From the NCBI RefSeq assembly GCF_009914755.1, contig NC_060936.1: a stretch of 64,000 nt of DNA; one strand, given 5' to 3'. The DNA comes from the human T2T-CHM13v2.0 reference genome, Homo sapiens. The position numbers and the translations under genes were made by a program. This document shows positions 29,423 to 44,218 of this stretch, in pieces; the stretch's first letter is position 1; each line of letters starts with the position of its first letter. The notes beneath the pieces are model-generated. The model saw only the letters and a program-made list of their open reading frames with translations, had not been told where the DNA came from and ran no database searches.

Positions 29423-29581
29423 CAGTTGATTCTGGTAGGCAGTGACTGCCGTAAAAACTGTTTCTGGAAGGATGAAAGTTCTAAATTCTTCAGACTTCAG
29501 GTTGAGCAATGAGGCTGTGTGGTCTTTCTTCTTAATGATGTGCACCCTTGGCTGGTACTTATGCATTGAGTTCAAAATGAT
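29423..29581 (-). pseudogene. TBX20: TBX20 exon-5-like pseudo-exon (159 nt, phase 0-0)
   Basis: Reverse complement translates [53 protein letters not shown]. Acceptor ctttttgttgtAG is intact; donor position reads ATgagt. Confidence 0.96.
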
Positions 29582-30217
29582 CTACAACAAAAAGATGGAA
29601 AGTACTGAATTTTACATACTTATACTGCTCAACAGGCCAAATTACAATGAGGCAAGAAAGAACCAAATGGTCTACAATTTCAAAGTCAATTTTAAGATAT
29701 GGATCTACCCTTTCCAGCCTTAAGGCAAATCATTTTCACAAGATACTGCAGAGTCATTGTTGTGAATCACATTTTACCCAAACAACTGCAAACCACACAG
29801 GTTGTTTCAAGTGTCCTTTCTAAAATGGTAGGGGGAGAGGTCATCTGAAGGATAAGTTTTACCGATTTTTAAAAATCAAGTATTTTAAATACTTTTGTTT
29901 TGCTAGTCTAGTTAGACCAAAGGACGCATGTCTAAATTTTCTAAAATAAGAAATCACATATTCTAAGAGGCCAGATTATTATTTATGGAGAAAAAAATAA
30001 AAGAGTTTAGAAAAGCAGTGGGGTGTTAGACAGACTTGGGTAAAAATTTTGAATTTGTGAGTTTCTAGTCCTTTAATCCTTAGCCAAGTGATCTCATCTC
30101 CCCAATTCCTAGTTTATGCAAATGAATATGCAAAGCAAAAACAGAATGGCATTTATGGTACTAAATCATGTATAGCTTGGTCATAATGATAAAACTGAAA
30201 TGATTATTAAAAATTTC

Positions 30218-30541
30218 TTTTTTTTTTTTTTTTTTTTTTGAGATAGTGTCTCACTCTGTCACCCAGGCCGGAGTGCAGTAGTGCAATCACGGCTCACTGC
30301 GATCTTGACCGCCCAGGCTCAAGCGATTCTCCCATCTCAGCTTCCTGAGTAGCTGGGACTACAGACATGGATCACCACACCTGGCTAATTTTTGTTTTGT
30401 TTTGTTTTGTTTTTGTTTTTTTCGGAGAGATGGGGTCTTACCATGTTGCCAGGCTGGTTTCGAACTCCTAGACTCCAGCGATGCGACCGCTGGGCCTCCC
30501 AAAGTGCTGGGATTACAGGTATGGAGCCACTGCACCCAGGC
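30218..30541 (-). mobile_element. AluJ
   Basis: Antisense dimer with J-type text (ccaggctcaagcgat) and (TTTTG)n linker. Confidence 0.92.
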
Positions 30542-30976
30542 AAGAATTTTAATAATAACCTTTAGGTTAAAGTAAGCCTCAGGTTAATCTCAAGGAAATC
30601 AAATTTCCTGGGAAATCAAAAAAAAAATCTATTTAGATTTTTCTGTCTAACTGGTACTTTCCATGAAGATAGTACTTGCCAAATAAAATATGGTAGCAAT
30701 AAAGCTGTGGATAAAACATAAGCTATAGAATGGCTCACCTTTAAAATGTCCCAGGTTACTAAAAACAATTTATAAAGAAAATGGTACTGAGAACGTCAGC
30801 AGGGCCTTTAAAAAGTGCAAAACATGTTCTCAGAGATGAACTGTAAGACAGAAAGGCAAGAAAGTATTGAGAAGTAAAGCTAAGCTATAAATCAAGGGGA
30901 TGAGGTTTAAAAGAATCCACAGTATAATCAGAAATACATCATCTCTTAAATTAAAAAATAATAATAACAGTAATAA

Positions 30977-31278
30977 GCTGGGTGCAGGGGCTCATGCCTG
31001 TAATTCCAGCACTTTGGGAGGGCCAAGGCAGGCCGATCTCTTGAGGCCGGGAGTTTGAGATCAGGCTGGACACATGGTGAAACCCCATCTCTACTAAAAA
31101 TACAAAAATTAGCCAGGCATGGTGGTGCACACCTGTAATCCCAGCTACTACTCGGGAGACTGAGGCATAAGAATCGTTTTAACTGAGAGGCGGAGGTTGC
31201 AGTGAGCTGAGATTGCGCCACTACACTCCAGCCTGGGCAACAGAACGAGACACAGTCTCATTAAAAAAAAAAAGAAAA
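30977..31278 (+). mobile_element. AluS
   Basis: Full dimer with A tail. Confidence 0.92.
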
Positions 31279-31583
31279 GTAATAATAGTATAAGCTTCAG
31301 TTTCCAAAATTTGCATTCAGCTCTCCCATGTTGACCCTTCTTTTTTAACTGTCCCTACCACCTACCTCCAGGACTGTATTTATTTAGCAGTAGAGGGAAT
31401 GAAATATAATAGGAGTAGAAGAAATATTTTTCCACTGCCGTGGGACAACTGTCTACTCCTTCCTGATGTAAAATTATCAAAACTAGAATAATTAGCACTG
31501 CCTCAGAGACTAGACACCATATTTATTAGATGGTCAAAATCATTTCCTCATGCCTGATTATGTCCTATATTTGCATATTGTCA

Positions 31584-31946
<363 letters not shown>

Positions 31947-32285
31947 TTAGTAGAAAGAGAAAAGAATACCACCCCTTTTAGAGCAGCCAATATTACCTAA
32001 AGTCAGATTTTTGATTGCATATTAAGCTTGCCCAAGTCAAGTGGTGCTCAGAGGTTAATGAACCCACTCTGGAAATAAATGGGTAGTGGGTATCCTCTTT
32101 ACTTTTCTCTGGGGCCAGTGGAAAACACATAGGGAGGAGTGTTCAAATGTTATTATACTTTTTTCAGGTGAGTTTCCAGCAGGCAATGTCTACTACTTAG
32201 CAATTTCCTTTTGTAGGATTCATGTTTTGGTACCAGCAATTCTCCTGCAGTACAACAGGCCTATATCCCTAAAATTGAGCAAGCA

Positions 32286-32600
32286 GGCTACGTGCAGTGG
32301 CTGATGTCTGTAATCCTAACACTTTGGGAAGCCAAGGTGGGAGGACTGCTTGAGGCCAGGAGTTCAAGACCAGCCTGTGAACATAGTAAGACCCTGTCTC
32401 TACCAAACAAAAAAAAATTAATGTTTTTAATTAGCAGGCCGTGGTGGTGCACACCTGCAGTCCCAGCTACTTCAGAGCCAGAGGCAGGAAGATCACTTGA
32501 GCCCAGGAGTTTGACGCTGCAGTGAGCTCTGGCTGCTCCACCCCACTACAGCCTCGGTGACAGCAAGACCCTCTCAAAATAAAATAATAATAAAATAAAT
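32286..32600 (+). mobile_element. AluJ
   Basis: J-type gaggactgcttgaggccagg and ttgagcccaggagtttga. Confidence 0.9.
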
Positions 32601-32854
32601 AGAGCATGCAAAACTTATGGTGCCTATTCAAAACACGGCTTCATTTTTTCCACAGCCTTTCAGTGAGACTAGGTATTTCTCTGACCTTGAAAATGTTTAG
32701 AGCAACTTCTACAACTTTGATCGTCATTTTTAGGCAATAAAAAGTTTTCCATCACTTAGCCAAAAACATAAACTCAGTTTAGTAACTGATATGTCCAATC
32801 CACTGAAACAGTCAAAAACTGTTCAAGGTTAATCTTCAAGTCTCCCTGAGTTTG

Positions 32855-33034
32855 CTCCGAAGTAGCTGGGGTTACAGGCACCTGCCACCATGCGGGGTTA
32901 ATTTTTGTATTTTTAGTAGAGATGGGGTTTCACCATGTTGGCCAGGTTGGTCTTGAACACCTGACCTCAGGTGATCCACCCACCTCAGCTTCCCAAAGTG
33001 CTAGGATTACAGGCCTGAGCTATTGCACCTGGCC
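32855..33034 (-). mobile_element. AluS lacking its 3' end and poly(A) tail
   Basis: Left arm and linker are intact; the sequence stops abruptly at ctccgaagtagctggg with no tail or TSD. Confidence 0.9.
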
Positions 33035-33884
33035 AGTCAATATGTTTTGAAAGTTGTTTGGCTTTTTTATTGTTTTGTAATGAAATTTAACCTTCAGATT
33101 AAACTGTTCTATATTTTAAATTCTTTTGTGCTCATAAAGTTACAATAACTGTTGGGCAGTTAATTTAATCTCCCTTGATTAAATAAATTGTTGCTTATAG
33201 GTGTTGCCATAGGTGCCATTCTTCACTCTGTTTAGTAGCTAGCGTCAACAGGGCTTTTGACATTATGGCAAACTATTTGGTAACCTATTTATTTGGAAAT
33301 AATATAGAATATGGGATAAATTATAAAATATAGCAAGGCATTTTGGGTCAGTAGATTTTATAATTTATTTTTGCTTTCAGTTGGTAAAGGGGGAAGGAAT
33401 ATAATATGGAAAATGCTTGAGTGTCTGAGTAGTGGAATTGCAGACCCATCATGAGTGGGTGTTAATGTCAGAGCTTCTGGACATTTGAGGCAGAGGAGGT
33501 GGTTAGCAAGCCAGGGAGGGCCACCTCCTGAGGATGGATGGCCCCAGTTCTGGCACTCATCTCCATGAGCCCCATCCACTCTTGTAACTCTTTCCCTGGG
33601 TACCATGAGTGCACCAACTCATTCCCCTGAGTACCACACAGTGGCTAGAAATCTGGAGAATTTGCAACCTCTTATCTCTTGAATTCTTTGGAAATACTGG
33701 CTGCCTCGCAGTACTCACCATTCCTTCGCTGATTGTGAACATTTGAAAAAACAAGCAAACAGAATTAAACAAAGGCAAGGATCATTCATCTTAAACTTTC
33801 TAATATTCACTAAATTTATCTTGATTACCTTTAGGCTTCAGCCCACAGGAAAATGTTTTTCTTCCATGATTGTTGGATGTGAGT

Positions 33885-34058
33885 CAGTGATTCTCAAAGT
33901 TTGCTACACATTAGAATCACTTGGGAGCTTTTAAAAATCCCAATGCCCAGAGCTCCTTGGGCCAATTAAAGCAGAAGCCCTAAGAATGAAACCCAGGCAT
34001 CAGTATTTTTTAAAACTCCCCAGACAATTCCAATATAGAGCCAAATTTGAGAATTAGG
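33885..34058. mobile_element. MER5B-like
   Basis: cagtgattctcaaagtttg...cattagaatcacttgggagcttttaaaaatcccaatgccc. Confidence 0.8.
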
Positions 34059-34220
34059 GCTGCAGTGTAAATGACTCTGGGCCATGGTGGAAATAAAGGA
34101 AGGATACATAGCGAAGTTCTTCCTTAGCTTTCACAGATGACAATCAGCTAACATTACAAGTATATGCTGCTTTCAAAAATTCAACAAAGGAAAAACAAAA
34201 TTTATAAAATAATGATTTAA

Positions 34221-34811
<591 letters not shown>

Positions 34812-34848
34812 GAGATAAAACAAAATTTACATTAAAATATCTTCTTTT

Positions 34849-35251
<403 letters not shown>

Positions 35252-35670
35252 TTAGGAAAGTGTGTATTAATATAGTCTACTATTGTCTCAACCAAATATG
35301 TATGTCTCAAATCTGAATTTGTAATCATCCCCAAATCGGATCCCCCCCTTCTGTCTTCAATAAATCTGTCAATAATGAAACCCCCATTATTCCCTGGTCT
35401 TGAACGCAGATGTGTTGACTTTATTTTTTAATTTTATTTATAATTCTTATTTAATAACGTCCTATAACTATCTCTTTAAAATGATTCTTGTTTTCTGTTT
35501 TTGGTAATACTTCCAGAAGGTCCACTTTCTTAAGAATAGGCCCAGTTCTATTCCAAGATTATTACTACAGCCTCCTAATGTGTCTCCCTGCTGTCTATAT
35601 GAATTTTTAAAAAAATACCACTGCTCTCATGCTCTACTTTTCTCAACAAGTTTCAAAATCTCCCATTACA

Positions 35671-35957
35671 TTTTTTGTTTTTGAGACCGGATCTCACTCT
35701 GTCACCCAGGCTGGAGTGCCGTGGTGCAATCATAGCACACTGCAGCCTCGACCTCCAGGGCTCAAACGTTCCTCTGCTTCAGCCTCCTAAGTAGCTGGGA
35801 CTATAGAGGTGCACAACACCATGCCTGACTAAGTAATTTTTGTAGAGACAGGGTCTCATATGTTTTCTAGGCTAGTCTTGAATTCCTACCCTCAAGCAAT
35901 TTCCTGTCTCTGCCTCCCAAACATTGGGATTACAGGTGTGAGCCACTGGGCCCGGCC
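35671..35957 (-). mobile_element. AluJ
   Basis: Antisense dimer; TSD tcc(c/a)attacattt. Confidence 0.92.
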
Positions 35958-36282
35958 TCCAATTACATTTAGAATAAAGCTTATACTCTTTAGCTTGGCC
36001 TACTAACCCTTCTGCAATTTTACCCTATAGTCCTGCCTTTCACTTCTCACTTGCCATGGATGCTAGATTTACTCTAGCCACATCTATTTTTGTAAATCCT
36101 TTCTCTGAAGAATATCCTCCTTGCTACATTCTTTCTATCCATATTTTACTCTCTTTTAGGCCCCAAATCAAATCCACTGTCCTCCAAGATGTCTGCTGGC
36201 TGGGCCACCGCTGTCTTTGAAGGTCTCTCTATCTCTTTCAACCTCTATTAATATTGCTCTCTTTTTCTCTCTTTCTCTCTCA

Positions 36283-36500
36283 TTATAAGCTGAATATTTA
36301 TATCCTCCCAAAATTTGTGCGTTAAAATCCTAATGCTCAAGGCACTGGTATTAGGAGGTGATACCTTCAGGAGGTAATTAGGTCATAAGGGAAGAGCCTT
36401 CATGAATGGAATTAGTGCCCTTAGAAAATAGGCCCAAGGCAACTCATTCTTCCTTCCCACCATGTGAGGATACAGAGAGAAGGCACTATCTATGAAAACA
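36283..36500 (+). mobile_element. MLT1A-type LTR, 5' part
   Basis: ggtattaggaggtg...gccttcatgaatggaattagtgccctta...ccaccatgtgaggatacag. Confidence 0.8.
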
Positions 36501-36516
36501 ATTCTAAATCTGAGAG

Positions 36517-36547
<31 letters not shown>

Positions 36548-36671
36548 GTAATTCTCCTCAGCATTATCTGTAAGAGAAAAAAAATTTAAATTTCTATAGA
36601 ATAATATTAATGATGGTATAGCCACCTTTCCAATACTATGTATTCACTAAAAATATTGTTTAAAAAAGACT

Positions 36672-37045
36672 AAGCCATACAATGGAATACTCCTAAGCCA
36701 AAAAAAATGAAGTACTGATTTATACTACAGAGTGGTGAACCTTGAAAACACTGTGCTAACTAAAAGAAGCCAGACATAAAAGGCTACATATCATATGATT
36801 CCACTTAACATGAAATGTCCAGAATAGACAAATCTATATAGAGAGAAAATAGATTGGTGGTTTCCAGGAGTTGGAGAAAGAGGGAAATGGGTAGTTACTG
36901 CCAGCAGGTATGAAGTTTATTTGGGGGGCTGAAACTTCTGGAATTAGTGTTAATGGTTATACAACCTCAATATACTGAAAAACACTGAATTACATTCCTT
37001 TAAAGGGTGAATTTTATAGTATGTGAATGATATCTGAATACATTT
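36672..37045 (+). mobile_element. L1MB/MC 3' end
   Basis: ccatacaatggaatac...gaaccttgaaaacactgtgct...gaaatgtccagaatagacaaatctata. Confidence 0.8.
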
Positions 37046-38907
37046 TTTTAACTATGCCAATATGGAAGATGTATATGACATAACATGGAGGAGAAAAGTA
37101 AGGAACAAAATTATATAAAGAGTAGCAAAAATTTCTCAAGTATAAAAGAAGTTTTTTAAAAGAACAGAATGTACTGATACACTAATAGGAAAAACACTGG
37201 TAGGAAAAAAACAGAAACACTGAAGGAAAAAAAAGTATTTTTTCAGGCAGTTTATACAAAGTTAGGTGAAATATCTTTATTAACGCACAACCATATTAAT
37301 GCAAAGCTGTGTTTTGGTAGGAGTTCTGGGAACCACCCCATAAGAGTCCCCGTGACTTAGTTCCCCGGAACAAATGCCAGTTTATACTTAGAATTTATTT
37401 CCCTGGGCATCACACACAAACACTCAGTTGATAAGCTGGCTGAAAACAACTTAATAATGTAGCTATTTTAACTTAGGCATCTATTCTATGAATTATAAGA
37501 ACATGATTGGCTTTCACTGTGTATTGTTAAAGAACTGGTGATGACTTGTGCCTGGGCAGACTAGTCCCCAAGTTGCTGGCTAGTCTGAATAAGAGTCAGG
37601 AAGGACAGTCCCTGACTGGCCCCATACCAGGGAATGCCTGGTGGCCACACTGCTGCTGACCCTGAGACAACACAGTCCACATCATGTCCACACCTCTACT
37701 GTCAGTCAATGCTTCTCCATCTCTGATGAAAGTGACTCCACCAAACCAACTAGGAAGTCTCAATTTCCTTCAGAGACCCACAGGCTGCCAAGAGGACCCA
37801 ACCCTCCTCTTCCACACCAGCATGAGCTAAATTCTCCCTGGAGTAAAAAAAAACTGTAGCCTCCATCTCTACTCCTTATTTATTTTTTGTGCAAAAAAAT
37901 GTTCATGGCATCTTTATAAAAACTAAAACTGGAAACAACCCAAGTGTCCATGAACAGAACATCCATGCTCCATTCGTCCTGGAGAATAAACTGTGGTACA
38001 TCTCTTCACTTTAGCTAGCACTTCCATCTCCATTCTCCACTGGACCTCAAAAAAGGAAAGCTGAGGCACTAATGACTCCTAACCTTATTTGTACCTTGTG
38101 GGTTGGTATTTCTGAGGAAAGGCATACTCATGCAAGGAGAGAAAAAGAATCTGATGCTAACTTCCATCTCTGTTACTAGAAAATGAATTCTTCATCAGAG
38201 TAATATGCCTAAACTTGCCTAAGCCATACAAGTATTGATAAAACCTAAAACTAAGAGTCACATGTTTGGAACTTGCTGTTTTATTTTAATCAATAAAGCT
38301 TCTTCATTTTAAAAGATGATTTCCATTAAGAGAGTCTCTCAGAAGCTTCCTGGATTTGTTATGAGTTGTAAGGGCCAATGAGAAAAACATTCGAGTCAGT
38401 ATTTCCAGGAATCACAAAACTGTTCACACAGTGATGTAAGGAATTTGACAAGTGAATGTACAGCATGTGCAGTGTTATTTTTATTTTTAGAGCATGTTGC
38501 GGAGTTGTTAAACCCTCAAATATGCATCAGACATATTCCCAAGCACTCATTTGCTGGGAATAAATTTCATAGATTTAACTCATCTGTGCTGTTTTAAGGA
38601 TCCAGGATATATTCTAAAGAACAAGAGAATGAATATTAAATACAAAATAGAAATTTCCCTAGGAATTATTTTTTTCATGTACTATTCCTCATGTATATTT
38701 CATCCACAATTTGCTAAGTAAACTGCTCATTGTTCAAGCCAGTAAAGATAATAGTCTTCATCAGAGGTCTCCTCTGGAGTCAGACACACCTAGATTCAAA
38801 TCCCAAGTCCATCTATTTCTATAAGTGTTCTTGGATAATGTTCTCAACTTTCCTGATCCATAAAATAGGAAGTTACTTTTTTCTCTAGGGGATACGCATG
38901 TACACAT

Positions 38908-38968
<61 letters not shown>
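38908..38968. repeat. (TA)5(TG)25 microsatellite
   Basis: Direct reading. Confidence 0.97.
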
Positions 38969-38971
<3 letters not shown>

Positions 38972-38983
38972 TTTGTTGGGTGT

Positions 38984-39560
38984 TGTATTAGTCAGAATTC
39001 TCCAGAGAAACAGAACCAACAGGGTGGATGGATGAAAGAATAAATAGATGGATGGACAGATGAATGGATCGATGGATGGACGAACTGACAGACAGACAGA
39101 TAATCGGTAATTTGCTCATGCAATTTCGGAGTCTAAGACCCAAGGTCTGCAGTCAGGAAGCTGGAGACCCAGCAAAGCCAATGTATAGTTCCAGCCTGAG
39201 TCCCAAGTCCTGAGCACCAGGAGAGCCAGGTTCTCTCCAGGAGAGCCAAGGTTCAGTGTGAAAGCAGCAGGCTTGAGACCCAAGAAGAGCCAATGTTTCA
39301 GTCTGAGTCTAAAGGCCAGAAAAGACCAATGTCCTAGCTCAAAGCAGTCAGGGAGTAGTTCCCTCATATTTGAGGAAGAGTCAGCCTTTTTGTTCTACTC
39401 AAGCCTTAACTGATTGGATGAGGCCTATCCACATTAAGAAGGGCAATCTGCTTTACTCAGTCTACCAAGCTAAATGTTAATTTCATCCAAAAACACAGAC
39501 ACCCAAAATGTTTGACCAAACATCCGGACACCCCATGGCCCAGTCAAGTTGACAACAAAC
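38984..39560 (-). mobile_element. MLT2 (ERVL) solo LTR
   Basis: tgtattagtcagaattctccagagaaacagaaccaa...(TGGA)n...actgattggatgaggcc...cccagtcaagttgaca. Confidence 0.85.
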
Positions 39561-39655
39561 ATACTTTCAAATATTAGCTATAATCTATAGCTATCAAAAA
39601 ATTATCTAAGAAGTATAAATGCCCAAAAGGTTTGTGTCAGTTTGCAAGACAATAG

Positions 39656-39970
<315 letters not shown>

Positions 39971-41248
39971 ATACTTATTTTTAAACACAGCATCCTTTCC
40001 CAGCCTTCCTTACCCATATGCAGTTTCAGTAGTATGTAACATATCCTCTATTTACTCAGCATTATTTCATCGTTCTGGATGAGAAGAGAATTAGGAAACT
40101 TCTGGAAAGTTAGCTGCTCTATTAATTGTTTACAGATTCCATAATGACAACTTATGGCACTTATGAGCACTGGCGCTCAGATAATCAGACATTTTAACAA
40201 CATTTTACTTTTCATGACTCCAGAAGATTTTGCATTAGTCTAGACTCTTCTGGGAAAGAAGAGAATAAAATTAATAGCCAATGCAACTTCAACAGCTTTT
40301 TTAAAAAACTAAGAGTGAAATATTCATCTCTGTTGTCACCAAATCCAAGAAAGTCACAGATCAGATATACTATCCAGCAGCCTGCTTCAATTTCTCTTTA
40401 TAATACTGAATATATTTCTTTCTTGAACAGAAATCAAAGTGGTAATATACCTTTCACTCTAGTGTAGTTGTGGATTCAAAGGAAACCCAATTTATAGACT
40501 ACAGACTGACTTTACATTTTAAAAGGCGGTAAAGGAATAATCTGTAATTTCTACTGCATTCTAAAGAAATGGAAATCAGAAATTCAAAACATTTAAACAT
40601 CAAACTAATGATTGTTTTAGAAAAATCACTCCAAGAAAATCTGACTTTCTCGCTTTTCTCCTGGCAGATCATATCGTAATGTTATTCATGGGAATATTCT
40701 TCATAATTCATGAAAGATAATTTTTCTATACATTTAACACTTCTGCTGCTTTTATTTTCCTGCTGTTGAAGGATCAATAATAAAGTCTGTGTAGGCCCAC
40801 TGGAGACATGAATAATAACCCAAAATCCTCTTAAAAATCTAGACACAGTCACAGCATCGTTACTTTCTATTGAATAGTAATTTATTCTTATGAAGGCTTC
40901 TGACAAGCATTTTCACCCTTTGTACCTAAGATTTTATTTGATCCATATGATTTAAGCAGATAAAATAGATGAGTAAAATGCCTACATTTTCTCTAAAGAC
41001 AGGGTCAACTGTTCAGAATTGCTTTTTTCCTCTTACAATTCTATCATACTCACTTTAGTGTCACCATGGAAAAGTCAATTCGAAAAATATGTTATTATAT
41101 CTTTCAGTACAGTTCTCTGTGTTTCAGAAAAGAATGGTGTACACACCATGGCACAAGTGAGAGGATGAGTTTCTTGCTATAGCTCCCCTCCTGTCCTCAC
41201 ATATATCTTCACAGGAATGGGGTGGGTGGGGGGGGAGGTTAAATTTTA

Positions 41249-41599
<351 letters not shown>

Positions 41600-41736
41600 T
41601 CAGGTAATTTTCTTCAAATCTGCTTAGAAATTAAGAAGAAAAGTCAGAAACATTGCATCTCTAAAAGATTGCTTTATTCCTTCATCTGCCTCTATTAACC
41701 AAGGAAAATTTGAAAGATAGGGAGAGGGAGAGAAAG

Positions 41737-42382
41737 TGATACAGGAGCTAGAAAGAAATTATTAAGGCAGATAGTGAGGGAAAGAGAGTCCTTGGCAAGG
41801 TTTCTCTTTTAATGCAAAAGCAACCCCCAAATCATTTCTTTTCTAACAAAGAGCAGCCTGAAAAATCAAGCTGCAAGCATAGAAAAGCAAGCTAGAAGCT
41901 CGCACGGGTGAATGCTGGCAGCTGTGCCAACAGGAAAAGGCTACAATGGGAGCCAGGCATGTTCAACATGGAGGCTGCATCTTCCCTTTTGTCAACCACG
42001 TGTACAGTAAAGAAGCAGGCAACATGGCATTAGCCAGGTAGGGAACCCATTTGTATAATAAAAGATTAGGGTGGGGCGGCCAGTTTCTTCATGTGCTATG
42101 CAAACAGCACACCTGGTCCGACCAATATCTCAGGCCCTATGTAAAGCAGACACCGCATCCTCAAGCTCGTCTATAAAACCCCGTGCATTTCACCACAAAA
42201 CTGGAAGACCCACTCGGAAGCCCATCTCTCTCTGCAGGAGACAGAGCTTTTCTCTTTTCTCTTTCTTTCACCTATTAAGCCTCTTCTCTTAAACTCACTC
42301 CTTGTGCTTGTCAGCGTCTTCGATTTCCTTGGCATTAGACAATGAACCTCAAGTTTTATCCCACACAAACGATGCCATTTCA
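41737..42382 (+). mobile_element. ERV1 solo LTR, LTR9-like
   Basis: TG...CA ends, 646 bp, 4-bp TSD aaag (41733-41736 / 42383-42386), CCAAT at ~42122, TATAAAA at ~42172. Confidence 0.85.
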
Positions 42383-42834
42383 AAAGGACAAAGGTTCTTT
42401 TCTTCAGGGTCATGGCACAAGAGATAGAGCCCCACTACCACCCCTCCTCACTCACACCCTAAGAGTCTCTCCCAGGTGCTCACAAGGCAGAGAACAGGTA
42501 GGAGCGGTGCCCACTCAGACCCCAAAGTGGAGAGGTCACAGAAGCTGCTCCACTTGGGGCAGTTCGCTGACTGCTTTCATCCCCGCTGTGGCTGCAGCTG
42601 GACTCCATTCCAGCCCCAAGGGAATGTTTTGCTTCAGAGACTTGTCATCTGCATTCCCTTGCCTGAAATACTCTTTCCTCAGATTCCTCAGCCTCCAAGT
42701 CTTTGCTTAAATATCACAATCTTGTTGATTTAGGCCTCCTCTCAGCCCCCTATTTCAAAATGTCAGTCCCTTACCGTATTTCCTCCTTGTCTCTCTTTCC
42801 TACTTTATTTTTCACCATAGCACTTACCGTCATC

Positions 42835-43071
42835 TGCCCCGGATGTCTTCCAGCCCCAGCCCCATATTCACTTGCCACCGTCTCAGCCCTGCCACGTGTA
42901 CCAGGAGGCTGACCGGATGCTCTCCATCAACAAGCTCTGCTGTCCTTCCGCTTCCTGTCGGGTTTGACCAATAAAAGGCAGCAGAACGAGATCCAAGGAG
43001 GGAAGAGAAAGAGGTTGGGAATTTATTCTCCCAGCTCCGCTCCTGCCAAGTCCCGGTGTGTTAGCTGCCTC

Positions 43072-43102
<31 letters not shown>

Positions 43103-43640
43103 GAGATGGAGCCTCGCTCTGTCGCCCAGGCTGGAGGCAGTGGCGTGATCTCGGCTCACTGCAACCTCTGCCTTCCGGGTTCAAGTGATTCTCCTACCTC
43201 AGCCTCCTGAGTAGCTGGGACTACAGGCGCGTGCCACCATGCCCAGCTAATTATTTTTGTGCCTTTTTTTTTTTTTTTTTTTAGCAGAGACGGGGTTTCA
43301 CCATGCTGGCCAGGCTGGTCTTGAACTCCTGACCTCAGGTGATCCATCTGCCTTGGACTCCCAAAGTTCTAGGATTACAGGTGTAAGCCACCATGGCCAG
43401 CTGGTTGCCTCCCTTTTGTGAGGACCACACTCCCTATCAAGCAGCTCTCTCCCTTCAGCTCCCTTCTCTGAGTAACTTCTCCCTCTCCTTACTTTCAGGT
43501 GTTAAGAGCTCCTCCCTGTTACTAGCTCCAGGGCATAGCATATCCCTTGTGCTTTAAGCACTGTTTTATTAATTACTAACCTTTATTAAGCTCTTTATTA
43601 ACTACATTAAGTTAATTAGACTCTTCTCACCATTTTGACA
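42835..43640 (-). mobile_element. LTR33-like ERVL LTR, interrupted by an Alu
   Basis: ccaggaggctgacc...gcttcctgtcgggtttgaccaat...atttattctcccagctcc. Confidence 0.6.
43077..43402 (-). mobile_element. AluS with expanded middle A-tract
   Basis: Antisense dimer; near-TSD g(c/t)tgcctccc. Confidence 0.93.
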
Positions 43641-43963
43641 ATGACCTTTACTTTCCAAACTGCTGCATCATCTGGCATCTTACGTATTTTACTTAATTAC
43701 TTGTTTTCTCCCTCCGCTAAAACATAGGCTTCATGAAGTCAAGATTTGTCCCTTTTGCATACTACTGTATTCCCAGCACCTACGAGAGAACAGGGAACAT
43801 AGTAGGAGATGCGAAAGAAGCACTGGATAAATGACTGAATCACGAGTGAACGTATGACTTAGGAAGGGACATAGAAAGTCTAACTCCCCATCTTCTCTGT
43901 ATGCTGGATCTCTGCCTTTTCAGATGGTGTCTTCTGTTTCTTTCCTTCCTCTGTTTTGTTACT

Positions 43964-44218
43964 CTTTTAATTTTTAATTTTTGTAGGTACATAGGTGTAC
44001 ATATTTATGGGGTACATGAGATATTTTGACACAGGCATGCAATGTGTAATAATCACATCAGGGAAATGGAGTACTCATCCCCTGAAGCATTTATCCTTTT
44101 TGTTACAATCCAGTTTTACTCTTTTATTTTTAAATGTACAATAAATTATTATTGACTATAGTCACCCTGTTGTGCTATCGAATGCTAGATCTTCTTCATT
44201 CTAATAATATTTTGTACG
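43964..44218 (-). mobile_element. L1MA/L1PB 3' end
   Basis: tatttatggggtacatgagatattttga...ttgactatagtcaccctgttgtgctatc. Confidence 0.85.

Larger units (their letters stand above)
42540..43840 (+). mobile_element. L2 3' end split by an LTR33-like element
   Basis: ttttcaccatagcacttacc (42810) resumes at catctggcatc...gtattcccagcaccta...aaatgactgaat (43668-43840). Confidence 0.65.
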
